Source of the DNA: Promethearchaeota archaeon
GTDB taxonomy: Archaea; Asgardarchaeota; Lokiarchaeia; Sigyniarchaeales; SOKP01
DNA: 43,582 nt
Assembly: GCA_048938005.1 (NCBI GenBank)
Contig: JBHLMQ010000024.1
Location: 1 to 43,582 of the forward strand
Reading direction: 5' to 3'
Positions 9,547 through 19,611 of this stretch are shown here, one piece after another. Every line of letters begins with the position of its first letter. Position 1 is the stretch's first letter. Under the pieces are notes generated by a model. The model saw nothing but the letters and a program-made list of their open reading frames with translations, had not been told where the DNA came from and ran no database searches. The translations under genes and the position numbers were made by a program.

Positions 9547-10377
9547 ATGGCAGTTTCAAAGAAATTAACAATTGTATTTACAATTTTTTATTTAATTGTC
9601 ATTATTTATATATTTCTATTTTTATATGTACTAGATTTTCAAAATTTTATTATAAGTGCACGACAAAACCTAACTATAATCACACAAGGCGCAAATTATT
9701 TATGGGCTCTATTAATTTCTCTTGGGATATGTTTTTTAGGCTCAGCATCAATAGGGTTCCCAATCCCTTTTCCATTTGTTTTGTTCTCACTATCGAACGC
9801 AGTTTATCTTAAATATTATAACATGGGATTATTAGAAACACAAATATTGCAAAATGGTTCTTTTTGGCTTGAAATTATAGGTCTTGCATTGATAGGGGGT
9901 TTAGGTAGTGCTCTAGGTGAATTCACTGGCTATGCTGTTGGGTATGGAGCGAAAAAGCTAACAGAAGAAAGAAATTCAGATATATTGAATAATGTAGATG
10001 GATTTGGGAAATTAATATTAGAAAACGAAAAACGTACACCTTTATATATATTTCTATTTGCATTGACTCCACTGCCAGATGATATTTTATTCCTGCCACT
10101 TGGTATGATAAAATATCCCTTTTGGAAATGTATTATTCCTGGATGGTTAGGTAAAAACTTTACTACTCTGATTTATTGTTGTTGGCCTATTTTTATAGCA
10201 CTTGGATTCGTTACTCAAGGAATTCAAGCTAACGATACATCAAGCATAATAACGGAAGCAATTTTACTTCTAGTTACAATAACAGTTATGTTTTTTATAA
10301 TGGCTTTTAATTGGAACAAATATCTAGAGAAACGTAAGCAGAAGAAACAAAAAAAAAGGCAAATTCATAAAGTATAA
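9547..10377 (+). CDS. VTT/DedA (SNARE-associated Golgi protein) family membrane protein
   Basis: GLGSALGEFTGYAVGYG and FALTPLPDD...PLG motifs; several TM helices. Confidence 0.85.
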   Translation: MAVSKKLTIVFTIFYLIVIIYIFLFLYVLDFQNFIISARQNLTIITQGANYLWALLISLGICFLGSASIGFPIPFPFVLFSLSNAVYLKYYNMGLLETQILQNGSFWLEIIGLALIGGLGSALGEFTGYAVGYGAKKLTEERNSDILNNVDGFGKLILENEKRTPLYIFLFALTPLPDDILFLPLGMIKYPFWKCIIPGWLGKNFTTLIYCCWPIFIALGFVTQGIQANDTSSIITEAILLLVTITVMFFIMAFNWNKYLEKRKQKKQKKRQIHKV

Positions 10378-10382
10378 CAATA

Positions 10383-10571
10383 TTATATTGAATTTTCTTT
10401 TTCTAAGCAATTCTTACAAACAAAAATAGTTTTCCTTTTTTCCTTAGAATTTTCATCGTAATATATTCTTTTATAAATGAAATTATTACAGATCTCGCAT
10501 ACTGCGGGAGTACGGGTCTCTGCTATCAGTGGCCCTAAATGTTTAAAATTAGATTTAGCATTTGACTTCAT
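10383..10571 (-). CDS. Small CxxC-CxxC zinc-finger protein (62 aa)
   Basis: ATG at 10571, 4 nt after the Alba stop; CEIC and CKNC pairs. Confidence 0.65.
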   Translation of the reverse strand: MKSNAKSNFKHLGPLIAETRTPAVCEICNNFIYKRIYYDENSKEKRKTIFVCKNCLEKENSI

Positions 10572-10575
10572 AAAA

Positions 10576-10902
10576 TTAATATATTGATTTGGTTTGAAGC
10601 GTAATTTCAATTTTTGAAATAATATCTATTTTTTTCTTATTTCCTCTATTATTTTTGTTATAAAAACCACGTTGCCTATTATTTAGATAAGGACGACTTC
10701 CTAAAGAAACATTTGCAATCTCTATTCTAGGATACATACGACTTTTTAAAATTTCAGCAACTTCTACGGCGGTACTGATTTCTTCTCCTTCACCCTTTAT
10801 TAACAGTGATTTTCTACCACCAGAAAATGCAAATATTGCGTCTTTAATTGATTTTTCTTTATCGTTTCTGTTTTTTATTATAATTGTAGTCTCATTGACC
10901 AT
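10576..10902 (-). CDS. Alba family DNA/RNA-binding protein (divergent)
   Basis: 'LIKGEGEEISTAVEVAEILK' and 'ISKIEITL' match the Alba (KARGxAISxAVDVAE / SxIEI) signatures. Confidence 0.75.
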   Translation of the reverse strand: MVNETTIIIKNRNDKEKSIKDAIFAFSGGRKSLLIKGEGEEISTAVEVAEILKSRMYPRIEIANVSLGSRPYLNNRQRGFYNKNNRGNKKKIDIISKIEITLQTKSIY

Positions 10903-11062
10903 GAAAGAACCTCATTCGCAACAAAATTTTATACTATTTTAAAAAGAAGCTTAATTCTTAATAATTTACTTATTAATATAAAATTTTTTTAAAGTACTTA
11001 AATTGATTATATCTTTTTATATTTTTAAAGTTTGATAAATATAAAATAAAATATTTATGCTA

Positions 11063-12187
11063 TTACTCTTCTAATTTTAATTTTGCTCTGTTATTTAGCT
11101 CATCTAAGATTTTAGAATATTCAGAAATTCTCTCTTCAAAATATTCAACAACTTTCCTTTCATTAGTGTCTAGATAAGTATAAAAAGGAAAAATTATTGC
11201 AATTTTTTTAGAGAAATCTTCCATTAATTTATCATACCATTCATTTGGTTTTTTTAGCATATTTTGAATTTTTTTTATTAATTTCTCTTTTCTCTTTTCA
11301 TATTTTTCTTTTTCATTGTTTTCAATTAATTTATCTAACTCATCGTAAGCCGCTCTTATAATACTTTCTACTTTTTCTCTAAATTTTGGAATACGATATG
11401 ACTTTTTAAAAAATTCAGGATCCCACTCATACAAATACCGGTCATCCTCTTCAGCTACCTCTTGATCATCAGTAATAATGACATCTTCCTTAGGAACTAA
11501 AATTAATCCAAAATTCCTTTGTAATTGGGCCAAAGCTTTTTTTCGGAGCACCTCATCAATATAATTAATCTCTTCCAATACCTTTTTCATGTTTTTATCA
11601 ACTTTGTTAACTACTTTTTCAACTTTTTCTACCATTACTTTTTCTTCTAATTCATATTTCAGTTCTATTAAGTCATAAGTAGAAGAAATTCCTAAATCAG
11701 GATCCTTAAGTCTCAATCCTCCAATTCCCAAAAAATGTAAATCAGATTCTTTTTCACAATGATCAAATATTAATCCTACAGCATAAGGATTAGGGATCTG
11801 ATATCCTAATTGAGTCATGCAATCTATTGGGGAATAAAAGAAGCCAAAACCGGGATGTGTATGAAACCAACCAATAATAAAATCATTTTTTTTATCTTGA
11901 ATGGATCTTTCAAACACAGAAGCGTCAATCTGAGCCATATCAACATATTGTTTGTTTTCATATTTAACTCCAGCTCGATCTCCAACTACCATTGGAATTG
12001 CATCTTTTATAATTACTTTTGAGTCATCTTCAATAGAGCCAATTAAAATTCCATACACTTCACGCCATTTATCAGGATTTAAATCTTTATTAGCATATCT
12101 GATAGCATACCCCACGATCCTTTTATATGCCTTTAAAGTCAATAAACATGGAGTGCGAAATGGCTTAATTTTTTTATTTTTTAGCAT
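11063..12187 (-). CDS. MPN+/JAMM metalloprotease, Rpn11/CSN5-like, with helical C-terminal extension
   Basis: EVYGILIG ... GWFHTHPGFGFFYSPIDCMTQ gives an intact E-HxH-S-D JAMM motif close to eukaryotic Rpn11 GWYHSHPGFG..S..D..TQ. Confidence 0.85.
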   Translation of the reverse strand: MLKNKKIKPFRTPCLLTLKAYKRIVGYAIRYANKDLNPDKWREVYGILIGSIEDDSKVIIKDAIPMVVGDRAGVKYENKQYVDMAQIDASVFERSIQDKKNDFIIGWFHTHPGFGFFYSPIDCMTQLGYQIPNPYAVGLIFDHCEKESDLHFLGIGGLRLKDPDLGISSTYDLIELKYELEEKVMVEKVEKVVNKVDKNMKKVLEEINYIDEVLRKKALAQLQRNFGLILVPKEDVIITDDQEVAEEDDRYLYEWDPEFFKKSYRIPKFREKVESIIRAAYDELDKLIENNEKEKYEKRKEKLIKKIQNMLKKPNEWYDKLMEDFSKKIAIIFPFYTYLDTNERKVVEYFEERISEYSKILDELNNRAKLKLEE

Positions 12188-12300
12188 AAAAATGGCAATT
12201 ATTGCTGTGTGATATTTTACTTTATAAATTTTATATCTTATTCTATATAGAATTTAAACAAAGTCTAAGTATTTAAATTATATTAAGAAAAATTACATTA

Positions 12301-12846
12301 ATGAAAATTCTAGCAATAGTTGGCCTTCCTGGTTCTGGAAAAACAACAGCGATAGAAGCAATCAAGGATCTAGGGTTAGTTGTAACTATGGGCGATATCA
12401 TTCGCAATGAAGCTAAAAATAGGAATTTAGAACCTTCTGGAAAAAATATAGGTAAAATCGCTAAAGAATTGCGTAAAAAAAGGGGACCCGCAATAATAGC
12501 TGAAATGTGTGTAGATACGATAAAAAATTTAAAGAATGAAGAAGTTATTTTTGTGGATGGAATTAGAAGTCTGTCTGAAGTTAATACATTTAGGAAGTTT
12601 TGGAAATTTCCAATTATAGCTATTTTAGTTGATGAAGAAAAAAGATTTAATCGACTTTTTAAAAGAGGTCGTAGCGATGATCCAAAAAATCTTGATGATT
12701 TAAAGGAGAGAGATAAAAGAGAAATTCAATTTGGGCTTGATGAGGTTATAAAAAATGCAGACTATACAATTATGAATGATTCAACAATAGAAGATTTTAA
12801 GATAAAAACTAGAGAAATTGTATTAAATATTATTAAGAATTGGTAA
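12301..12846 (+). CDS. P-loop nucleotide kinase, UPF0200/dephospho-CoA kinase-like
   Basis: GLPGSGKT Walker A, TMGDIIR, DGIRS, RGRSDD and RDKRE motifs. Confidence 0.85.
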   Translation: MKILAIVGLPGSGKTTAIEAIKDLGLVVTMGDIIRNEAKNRNLEPSGKNIGKIAKELRKKRGPAIIAEMCVDTIKNLKNEEVIFVDGIRSLSEVNTFRKFWKFPIIAILVDEEKRFNRLFKRGRSDDPKNLDDLKERDKREIQFGLDEVIKNADYTIMNDSTIEDFKIKTREIVLNIIKNW

Positions 12847-12861
12847 TACTACAATTTTTAC

Positions 12862-13764
12862 TTATTTCAAATAATCTGCTATAATTTTGGCTAAAGAGAC
12901 TTGACATACTTCATTATCAATAGAATCTGTACCTATTATTTCATCCGCACCTGCTTTTAAGATTCGATACTTAGCTTGTCCTAGTAATAATGCATGAGTA
13001 GCTACAGCGAATATTTTATTAGCTCCACTCTCTTTTATTATTTTTATCGCACTAGCCATTGTACCGCCTGTAGCAATAATATCATCTGCAATAACAACAT
13101 CTTTACCTTTAAGACTAAATAATCCATACATTTTAATTTCACCCGTTTTAGTATCCCTCTCCTTTTCAATAATTTCAACTGGAACATTTTCTCCAAAATG
13201 TTTAGCAAAAGCCTTTGATCTTTTAATTGCTCCTTTATCTGGAGATACCACAACAATATCTTTCGCCCCTTGAGAATAAATATATTCTGCTAAGAGCTTC
13301 ATTGAATCAATATTAATTGCTTTGCATGAACATTCATTCATAACTTCTGGAGCGTGAATATCAACAGTATATAATTCATCTATACCTAGAGAATTGATAA
13401 TACGAAACAAAACATTTGCAAATTGACTTTCTCCTGGTCTAAAAACTTTATCTTGACGGGCATATGCAAAATATGGAATGACAACTATAACTTTTACTGC
13501 TCCCATACGTTTAACAGAATTGATCATCATAAAAAGTTCCATCAAACGACTATTCTGATTTCCGCTAGAGCTAGGACCTGTAGACTGCACAATTATGACT
13601 TCTTTGTTCACTATTAGAGTCTCATCCTCAATATTAATTCTTAAATAATTTTCCCCATCTGGAAACAATTTGACTTCTGTATTTATAGCTTCAATTCCCA
13701 ATTCTTGAGCAATTTTAAACCCTAATATTTGCGAGGCAGGACCAACAATTAGTATTTTACCCAT
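12862..13764 (-). CDS. prs: Ribose-phosphate pyrophosphokinase
   Basis: FPDGE, PYFAYARQDK, VDIHA, SPDKGA and DDIIATGGT motifs. Confidence 0.95.
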   Translation of the reverse strand: MGKILIVGPASQILGFKIAQELGIEAINTEVKLFPDGENYLRINIEDETLIVNKEVIIVQSTGPSSSGNQNSRLMELFMMINSVKRMGAVKVIVVIPYFAYARQDKVFRPGESQFANVLFRIINSLGIDELYTVDIHAPEVMNECSCKAINIDSMKLLAEYIYSQGAKDIVVVSPDKGAIKRSKAFAKHFGENVPVEIIEKERDTKTGEIKMYGLFSLKGKDVVIADDIIATGGTMASAIKIIKESGANKIFAVATHALLLGQAKYRILKAGADEIIGTDSIDNEVCQVSLAKIIADYLK

Positions 13765-13814
13765 TATAATTCAACCAAATAATAAAATTCATAATAATTT
13801 TTTTTTTTCCTTCT

Positions 13815-14555
13815 TTATAACTTTTTCAAAAATTCAAGAGAATAATTAAAAATTTCTTCTCTATGCCCAGAAAAAGTATGCCCTCCACTGTTAAACTCAA
13901 TAACATTTTCATCATTTAATCCAAGACTTTCCTTTATTTTATATAAGTTTTCAATTGGAATTACCTCATCATCTTTGCAATGTGCAATCAAAACTCTATC
14001 ATTATTCAGTGAATTTTTTTTTAAGAAATTATTAGGACTAATTTTTCTCATAATTTCTTCTCTTTCTTCTTCTTTAATTCCTCGATATCTTCCCTGAATT
14101 GTCCGGTAATCATAACGTGTACTAAGTGCAATTAAAATTTTTGCTCTTTCATCAATAAATCCATGTGATAGTATAATTGCTCCACCGAGACTCCTTCCAA
14201 ATAACGCAATTTTATTTTTTAGAAGTCTATTTGATTGATTTTTTATGATCCATTCAATAACAACATGAATATCTGAAAATATTTGCGTTATCATTTGATC
14301 CCATCTAGATCCAGTCTGTTTTTGTGTTTCTCCATGCCCTCGATAATCATATGACAAAACGTAATAGCCTGCATTTGCAAATCTTTCAGAATAAAATTTC
14401 ACTAAAAAATTTTCTCTGTTATGCATAAATCCTGGTAAATTAACAATAAAAGGAGCTTTAGTTGGCGTATTTAATGCAAAATAAAGTGAAGCTTTCAGAA
14501 GAATATTATCAGAGCTTACAGGAATATCGATATTTTCACTTATCAGATCATACAT
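13815..14555 (-). CDS. Alpha/beta hydrolase
   Basis: YDYRGHGE, GRSLGG nucleophile elbow, D (KDDEVI) and H (GGHTF) of the catalytic triad. Confidence 0.9.
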   Translation of the reverse strand: MYDLISENIDIPVSSDNILLKASLYFALNTPTKAPFIVNLPGFMHNRENFLVKFYSERFANAGYYVLSYDYRGHGETQKQTGSRWDQMITQIFSDIHVVIEWIIKNQSNRLLKNKIALFGRSLGGAIILSHGFIDERAKILIALSTRYDYRTIQGRYRGIKEEEREEIMRKISPNNFLKKNSLNNDRVLIAHCKDDEVIPIENLYKIKESLGLNDENVIEFNSGGHTFSGHREEIFNYSLEFLKKL

Positions 14556-14567
14556 TATAGATTAGAA

Positions 14568-15005
14568 TTATTGCTTTAGTTTATATTTTTCAATTATATC
14601 TTTGAGAGTTTCAATTACAAAATCTGCAAAATATATTTCATCTTCAGGTAAGCCTTTTAATGTGTTATCAATATCTTCTGCTTTTAAATTTTCAGCAAAT
14701 TCAATAGATTTACCCTCTATCAATAGTGTTAGTTGATTTCCTGTTGCAATCATCACACCACAACCATCTGTTCTAAAGTTTGCTTTGGTGATTATATCAT
14801 TCTCTATCTTTATATATAATCCTAAGAAATATTGTTTAGGACCTCCTCGTCGTTCTTCAAACACTGTTATTTCTTCTTTTTCAGGTTTTCCCCAATTTTG
14901 TGGATTATAGCATTGATTTACAATTTCTTCATTATAATCTTCAATTTCCTTTTGAAATATTTCTTTTTGAAGCTTCTTTACAAATTCATCAAATTTATTA
15001 GGCAT
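14568..15005 (-). CDS. IscU/NifU N-terminal-like protein with degenerate Cys ligands
   Basis: NPQNWG, 'ITKANFRTDGCG', 'LIEGKSIEFA' and 'LKGLPED' fit the IscU fold; only the central conserved Cys is retained. Confidence 0.75.
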   Translation of the reverse strand: MPNKFDEFVKKLQKEIFQKEIEDYNEEIVNQCYNPQNWGKPEKEEITVFEERRGGPKQYFLGLYIKIENDIITKANFRTDGCGVMIATGNQLTLLIEGKSIEFAENLKAEDIDNTLKGLPEDEIYFADFVIETLKDIIEKYKLKQ

Positions 15006-15027
15006 TATATAATCATTGGATAAATTA

Positions 15028-15291
15028 TTATAAATGTTTTAAAACATGACTCTCTAACGGAGTGAGATATGTTGGCTTACTTTGATATTTTTTTACAATA
15101 TCGATGATTTTTTTGTTCAATTCATGATGCTCTGTCAGACAACTTGTTTGACTTAAAAATTCCTCTCCACGACGAATGATAGCGGTGTTTTCAGTCACCT
15201 TTATTAACTCAGTTGCTATTATACCATTGATATAAATTAAATCTGCGAGCATGTTTTTAATATTTGATAGAATTGATGTTTTTTCAGACAT
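15028..15291 (-). CDS. Hypothetical protein (87 aa)
   Basis: ATG at 15291 preferred; co-oriented just upstream of the IscU-like gene. Confidence 0.6.
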   Translation of the reverse strand: MSEKTSILSNIKNMLADLIYINGIIATELIKVTENTAIIRRGEEFLSQTSCLTEHHELNKKIIDIVKKYQSKPTYLTPLESHVLKHL

Positions 15292-15550
15292 ATTATTAAA
15301 AAGAATGCTAATAATAAAAAGAGCCAATATTTTAGAAATAAAGATTTAAAATTTGCTTTCTTAACATCGAATAGTATTCTATAGTCTTCTTTCTATAAAT
15401 AAATTTCAACTTATTATCGATTCAACATAAATGGATAACCAAAAAAAAGATATAATATTCTACTTGAATTAATTTCTATATATATAAAATTTTATTTGTA
15501 TCTCGAATTAAATATAAAATTACAAAAATTATCTTAAATAAAGTGGTGGT

Positions 15551-16060
15551 GTGACCTTAGATTACAAAGATTTCCATAATGGTTTATTATCTTTAACATT
15601 AACGTTATTTTTTTTCTCATTAACGCTTTTAATTGGTTCAATTGTACTTAAGCCATATATTGGACTACAACTTCAAGAAAGGGATTTCATTATTATATTG
15701 TGTTCTATAAATCTTATATTTTCTTCATACTATTTATGGAATGCTTTAAGATTAGAAAAGATTTTCAAGTTAGAAAATAAAAACATAATTAAATTTGGCA
15801 AAACAATAGGTATTGTTACAATTATATATATTCCTCATATTTTTACATTTTCAACGCTTTTTCTTAAAGATTTACATAATCTGGAAATGTTAATGATATT
15901 TCTTATTTTTTTTATAGAATTAATGCTGATTGGTTTAGTACTTAAAGAATCTTATGATCTAGTGTTTTTAGAAGAATCTCGAAGAGATTTTGAATTGGAA
16001 GCAAATCGTAAAAAGTATATAGAAAGAGAAAAAAAACCCATAACAGAGGAAAATCTTTAA
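15551..16060 (+). CDS. Hypothetical membrane protein (about 4 TM)
   Basis: Four hydrophobic segments and a charged C-terminal tail; GTG start. Confidence 0.7.
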   Translation: MTLDYKDFHNGLLSLTLTLFFFSLTLLIGSIVLKPYIGLQLQERDFIIILCSINLIFSSYYLWNALRLEKIFKLENKNIIKFGKTIGIVTIIYIPHIFTFSTLFLKDLHNLEMLMIFLIFFIELMLIGLVLKESYDLVFLEESRRDFELEANRKKYIEREKKPITEENL

Positions 16061-16078
16061 ATTTTAAGTAGATTGAAT

Positions 16079-17311
16079 TTATTTTCTCGTTAATTTTTCT
16101 ATAGCAGAATCAATCATTTTTAATTTTGTGGAATATTTTTCCATGAGTTCAGCAAACTTATCAACTTCTATCTCATTACTTTCTTTTAGTGACTTAAGTT
16201 CATTAATTGTTCTTACGACTCCCGCCTTCTTGTCAATTAATTTTTCTTTTTTACTATAGGGAATTTTTTCCTCCAATTTCTTTCTTTGGTATGACTTAAA
16301 TCGTTTAATATTTAAATCTTTAGGAACAAATTTCGTTAGATATATAATATTTTTTGGAACGAATGGCGCTAAATTTTCTGGAATGATAATTATTGGCTCA
16401 GGATCTTGTATTTTCTTTATTTCTTCGTATTCTAATTGTTCTAAATCGTTTTCTTTTAAATTATCTTTAACAATTGATAAATTTAACTTTATATTTTCTT
16501 TTTCTTCACTTGAAACGGGAAGAGTTCTTAGCATCTCTTCCCAAATATCTCTTGCTTTTAAAAAATACCAAAAAGCTTTTTGTTGTAGTTTGTGGACTCT
16601 TTCTTTATTAATTGATGTAATCGATGATTCTAAGGAAGCTCGAGCTTTGAGATAACATGCTTTTCCCATATCATAGTGAAATTGAGCTCTGATTTGCTGT
16701 TTCTTTTTCTCTTCATGTTTCTTTAAATAAAATAATCTTTTAGATAATAAACTAAGGCCTGCATATAATTTTGAGGAAAAGTAAATATTATTATCATTTT
16801 CTTCTTTTAAAGCAGCGATACTTTGAGCAAGAATTCTTGATTCTTCGGAATTTAATTCTAGATTTTCTGAAGCAAGAGTTAAGCCCATCTCTCTTTGATA
16901 CGCAACAGCAGCGCTAAAATAAGCTGCCGTTTTATATATTTTACTACATTCGGTCATCGCTATAATAGCATTTTCCCATTCTTCTTCCTCTTCATATTTT
17001 TCAGATAATTGGGAATAAGTTTTAGCCATAACCCATAACGCACGAGCACATTCAAACATTAAATCTTGAATTTCAATATCTTTGTTAGCTAAAGGGTCAA
17101 AAAAAAGAGGAGTAATATCTAAATCTTCTAATATTTCTTTATGATTTTCATTTTCATAATTAATATTTAAAATTTTAGTATATTCTAATATAAGATTTAG
17201 ATCATCTAAACCAAAGTGTTCATCTTCTTTTTCTAAAGCATCTTCTAAATGTTTTATTTTAAAATGCAGATAACGTATTCTCTGCATTAATTCTTCTGTA
17301 AAAAAAGTCAT
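16079..17311 (-). CDS. Hypothetical alpha-helical repeat (TPR-like) protein
   Basis: 410-aa ORF with repeated amphipathic helices carrying A/Y patterns (e.g. 'AIIAMTECSKIYKTAAY'). Confidence 0.65.
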   Translation of the reverse strand: MTFFTEELMQRIRYLHFKIKHLEDALEKEDEHFGLDDLNLILEYTKILNINYENENHKEILEDLDITPLFFDPLANKDIEIQDLMFECARALWVMAKTYSQLSEKYEEEEEWENAIIAMTECSKIYKTAAYFSAAVAYQREMGLTLASENLELNSEESRILAQSIAALKEENDNNIYFSSKLYAGLSLLSKRLFYLKKHEEKKKQQIRAQFHYDMGKACYLKARASLESSITSINKERVHKLQQKAFWYFLKARDIWEEMLRTLPVSSEEKENIKLNLSIVKDNLKENDLEQLEYEEIKKIQDPEPIIIIPENLAPFVPKNIIYLTKFVPKDLNIKRFKSYQRKKLEEKIPYSKKEKLIDKKAGVVRTINELKSLKESNEIEVDKFAELMEKYSTKLKMIDSAIEKLTRK

Positions 17312-17445
17312 AATAAGATCTTATAGTTTTTTATTAAATTTAGTTAAATTAAATAATTCAAACATCATTTTAAAACTAATCTATCAAAACATTTTAAAGA
17401 ATGACTTATCTATAAAAATCTGAATATTAAAAATTTACTTTAAAA

Positions 17446-18741
17446 ATGAGTAAAAATTTAATTTTTATTTTTGAATTTGTCTCTGGTGGCGGTTTTAGTA
17501 AAATTAATATACCCACTTCACTTTTATGCGAAGGATTTGGTATGTTAAGATCGATTATAACAGATTTTAAAGCCATGGATTTTGAGATTCTTACATTTTT
17601 AGATTATAGGATTTTCTTCTTATCAAAATTCTTAGAAGCTGATGAAATAAAAAGAATAACTGCTAATGAAAATTACATAAAAATTTTTAAAAATTATGTG
17701 AGAGTTTGTGAATATGTTTTTATAATTGCTCCAGAATCCTCAAATATTTTATTTGAATTAACTAGAATTGCTAAAAACTCTAAAAAAATAATTTTAAGTG
17801 CAAATCTAAAGGCTATTAAGCTTGGTACCTCAAAAATAAGAACTTATAATTTTTTCAAAAAAAATGAAGTTTTAACACCAAGAACTTACAAAATCCCTTA
17901 TAAAAAGGGTATTTTGGATTTAGATTTTATAATTAGAAAATATAGAAAATTGAAATGTCCAATTGTGATTAAACCAGAAGATGGAGTTGGAGCAGAATCC
18001 ATTTATTATTTTGAAAAAGAATATCAAATATTAGATATTTTTAAAGAATTAAATAGAAAAAATGATAATAAAAGGAATTTTATACTTCAAGAATTTGTTG
18101 AAGGGATGGATTCAAGTCTTTCATTAATAGGTGCTCCAAATTTATTAGATTTGCATCCAATTATTCTGAGTGTGAACTCACAGGATGTTAGTATTAAAAA
18201 CCTAAAATCTGAATATTTTGGGGGTTATACTCCTTTAGAAAATTATGAAGAAATACTTATAGAATTATCAATTCTTATGAAAAATATCAATTTCTCTAAA
18301 ATTGAAGGTTATTTTGGCATTGATTTCATAAAAAAATACCCTTCTAGTTTTTATTTTATAGAGATTAATCCTAGATTAACTACTTCATACATAGGATTAA
18401 GAAATACAATTAATCTAAATTGTGCAGAACTAATTCTAAATTCCAAAACAAATAGCGTTGAATCAGTAGAAATAAAAATACTCAATCATTCGCACTTTAC
18501 CAGAGTTGATTTTTATATTAATGAATTTAAAGACAAGGAAGAATTATATGAAAAGTTGCTACCAACTTTAATGAAAAAGATCCCTGAATTTGTTACACCT
18601 CCAATTTCACTTTACAATTCAAACCATTTCTCGTGTTTTATTGCTACAAAAATGAAGGATTTAGCCTCATCGAGAATAAGAGTAAATGAAATAATTAAAT
18701 CTCTAAAAGATCTAAATTTTAAAGTCGTTAAACCAGCATAA
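17446..18741 (+). CDS. ATP-grasp ligase, MfnD (tyramine--L-glutamate ligase)-like
   Basis: FEFVSGGG, EGFGML, IIAPE, IKPEDGVG, QEFVEG, GYFGIDF and IEINPRLTTSY motifs. Confidence 0.8.
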   Translation: MSKNLIFIFEFVSGGGFSKINIPTSLLCEGFGMLRSIITDFKAMDFEILTFLDYRIFFLSKFLEADEIKRITANENYIKIFKNYVRVCEYVFIIAPESSNILFELTRIAKNSKKIILSANLKAIKLGTSKIRTYNFFKKNEVLTPRTYKIPYKKGILDLDFIIRKYRKLKCPIVIKPEDGVGAESIYYFEKEYQILDIFKELNRKNDNKRNFILQEFVEGMDSSLSLIGAPNLLDLHPIILSVNSQDVSIKNLKSEYFGGYTPLENYEEILIELSILMKNINFSKIEGYFGIDFIKKYPSSFYFIEINPRLTTSYIGLRNTINLNCAELILNSKTNSVESVEIKILNHSHFTRVDFYINEFKDKEELYEKLLPTLMKKIPEFVTPPISLYNSNHFSCFIATKMKDLASSRIRVNEIIKSLKDLNFKVVKPA

Positions 18742-19609
18742 GTAAAATTATTGTAAAACCACCATAATGAAGCGATAAAGAAATAATTAGACTGCTTTCA
18801 ATTTTTAATCCTTTCTTTACGCATAAACTGTATGATAATAACCATAAGGACCAGACTTGGAAAATAATCAGTAATACTTTGTCAATTAAATTAACTATGC
18901 TGAGATATATTATCCCTGAAGATATAAAAATCAAGTGGAGTATAAGATATAAAATCATTGGAAATTCAATAATCGCAAAAGAAATAAAAAAATTCAACAT
19001 ATTTTCTTTCTTTTTATAAAATAATCGAGAAATGCCTTCTACTATTATGAAAAATATAAAAAAATTAATTATGAAACTGAAACTAATTAAAAGTCGAAAA
19101 GATATATCTGAGCCTATTTGAGTATTTTCTAAAAAAAATAATAAAAAAGAGGAAAAACCATTTAATCCACAAAAAATGGTACCTAGAACAATAATACAGA
19201 CGGATATTAGAATAGTGTAGATTTTATCTTCTTTCTCGAAAAGAATGAATCTTCTTGAAGTTAGTAACATCAATTTTCTTAAAATTGGGGATTTGAACTC
19301 TCTAGTAGGGGATTTAATTGTTTCAATGTTATCCTTTAAAGAGTTATATGCATAAACTCCTAATTCTGTTAAATAATACTTTTTATCTTGCCTTTGCTCT
19401 ATTAACTCTGACAGAGTATCCAAATGATGATAAATTGTCCCAGTACTTACTCGAAGTACTTTTTTTAGGATAGTAAAGGATGTGAACTCATTATCTCCAA
19501 TAATTTTAATTATTCTTCTTCTAAGTTCATGACCTAGAGCATAATAAAAACTTGATTCAGCATCTTGCCCATTTGACTCATTCTCAGTTCCATTAGTTTT
19601 TTCTGAAAT
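18728..19609 (-). CDS. ArsR-type winged-HTH fused to a multi-pass membrane domain (probable ATT start)
   Basis: The frame stays open 62 codons upstream of the track start at 19423 and encodes 'YALGHELRRRIIKIIG...FTILKKVLRVSTGTIYHHLDTL', an HTH. The only plausible start is ATT at 19609, 2 nt after the upstream stop. Confidence 0.75.
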   Translation of the reverse strand: MSEKTNGTENESNGQDAESSFYYALGHELRRRIIKIIGDNEFTSFTILKKVLRVSTGTIYHHLDTLSELIEQRQDKKYYLTELGVYAYNSLKDNIETIKSPTREFKSPILRKLMLLTSRRFILFEKEDKIYTILISVCIIVLGTIFCGLNGFSSFLLFFLENTQIGSDISFRLLISFSFIINFFIFFIIVEGISRLFYKKKENMLNFFISFAIIEFPMILYLILHLIFISSGIIYLSIVNLIDKVLLIIFQVWSLWLLSYSLCVKKGLKIESSLIISLSLHYGGFTIILLMLV

Positions 19610-19611
19610 TC

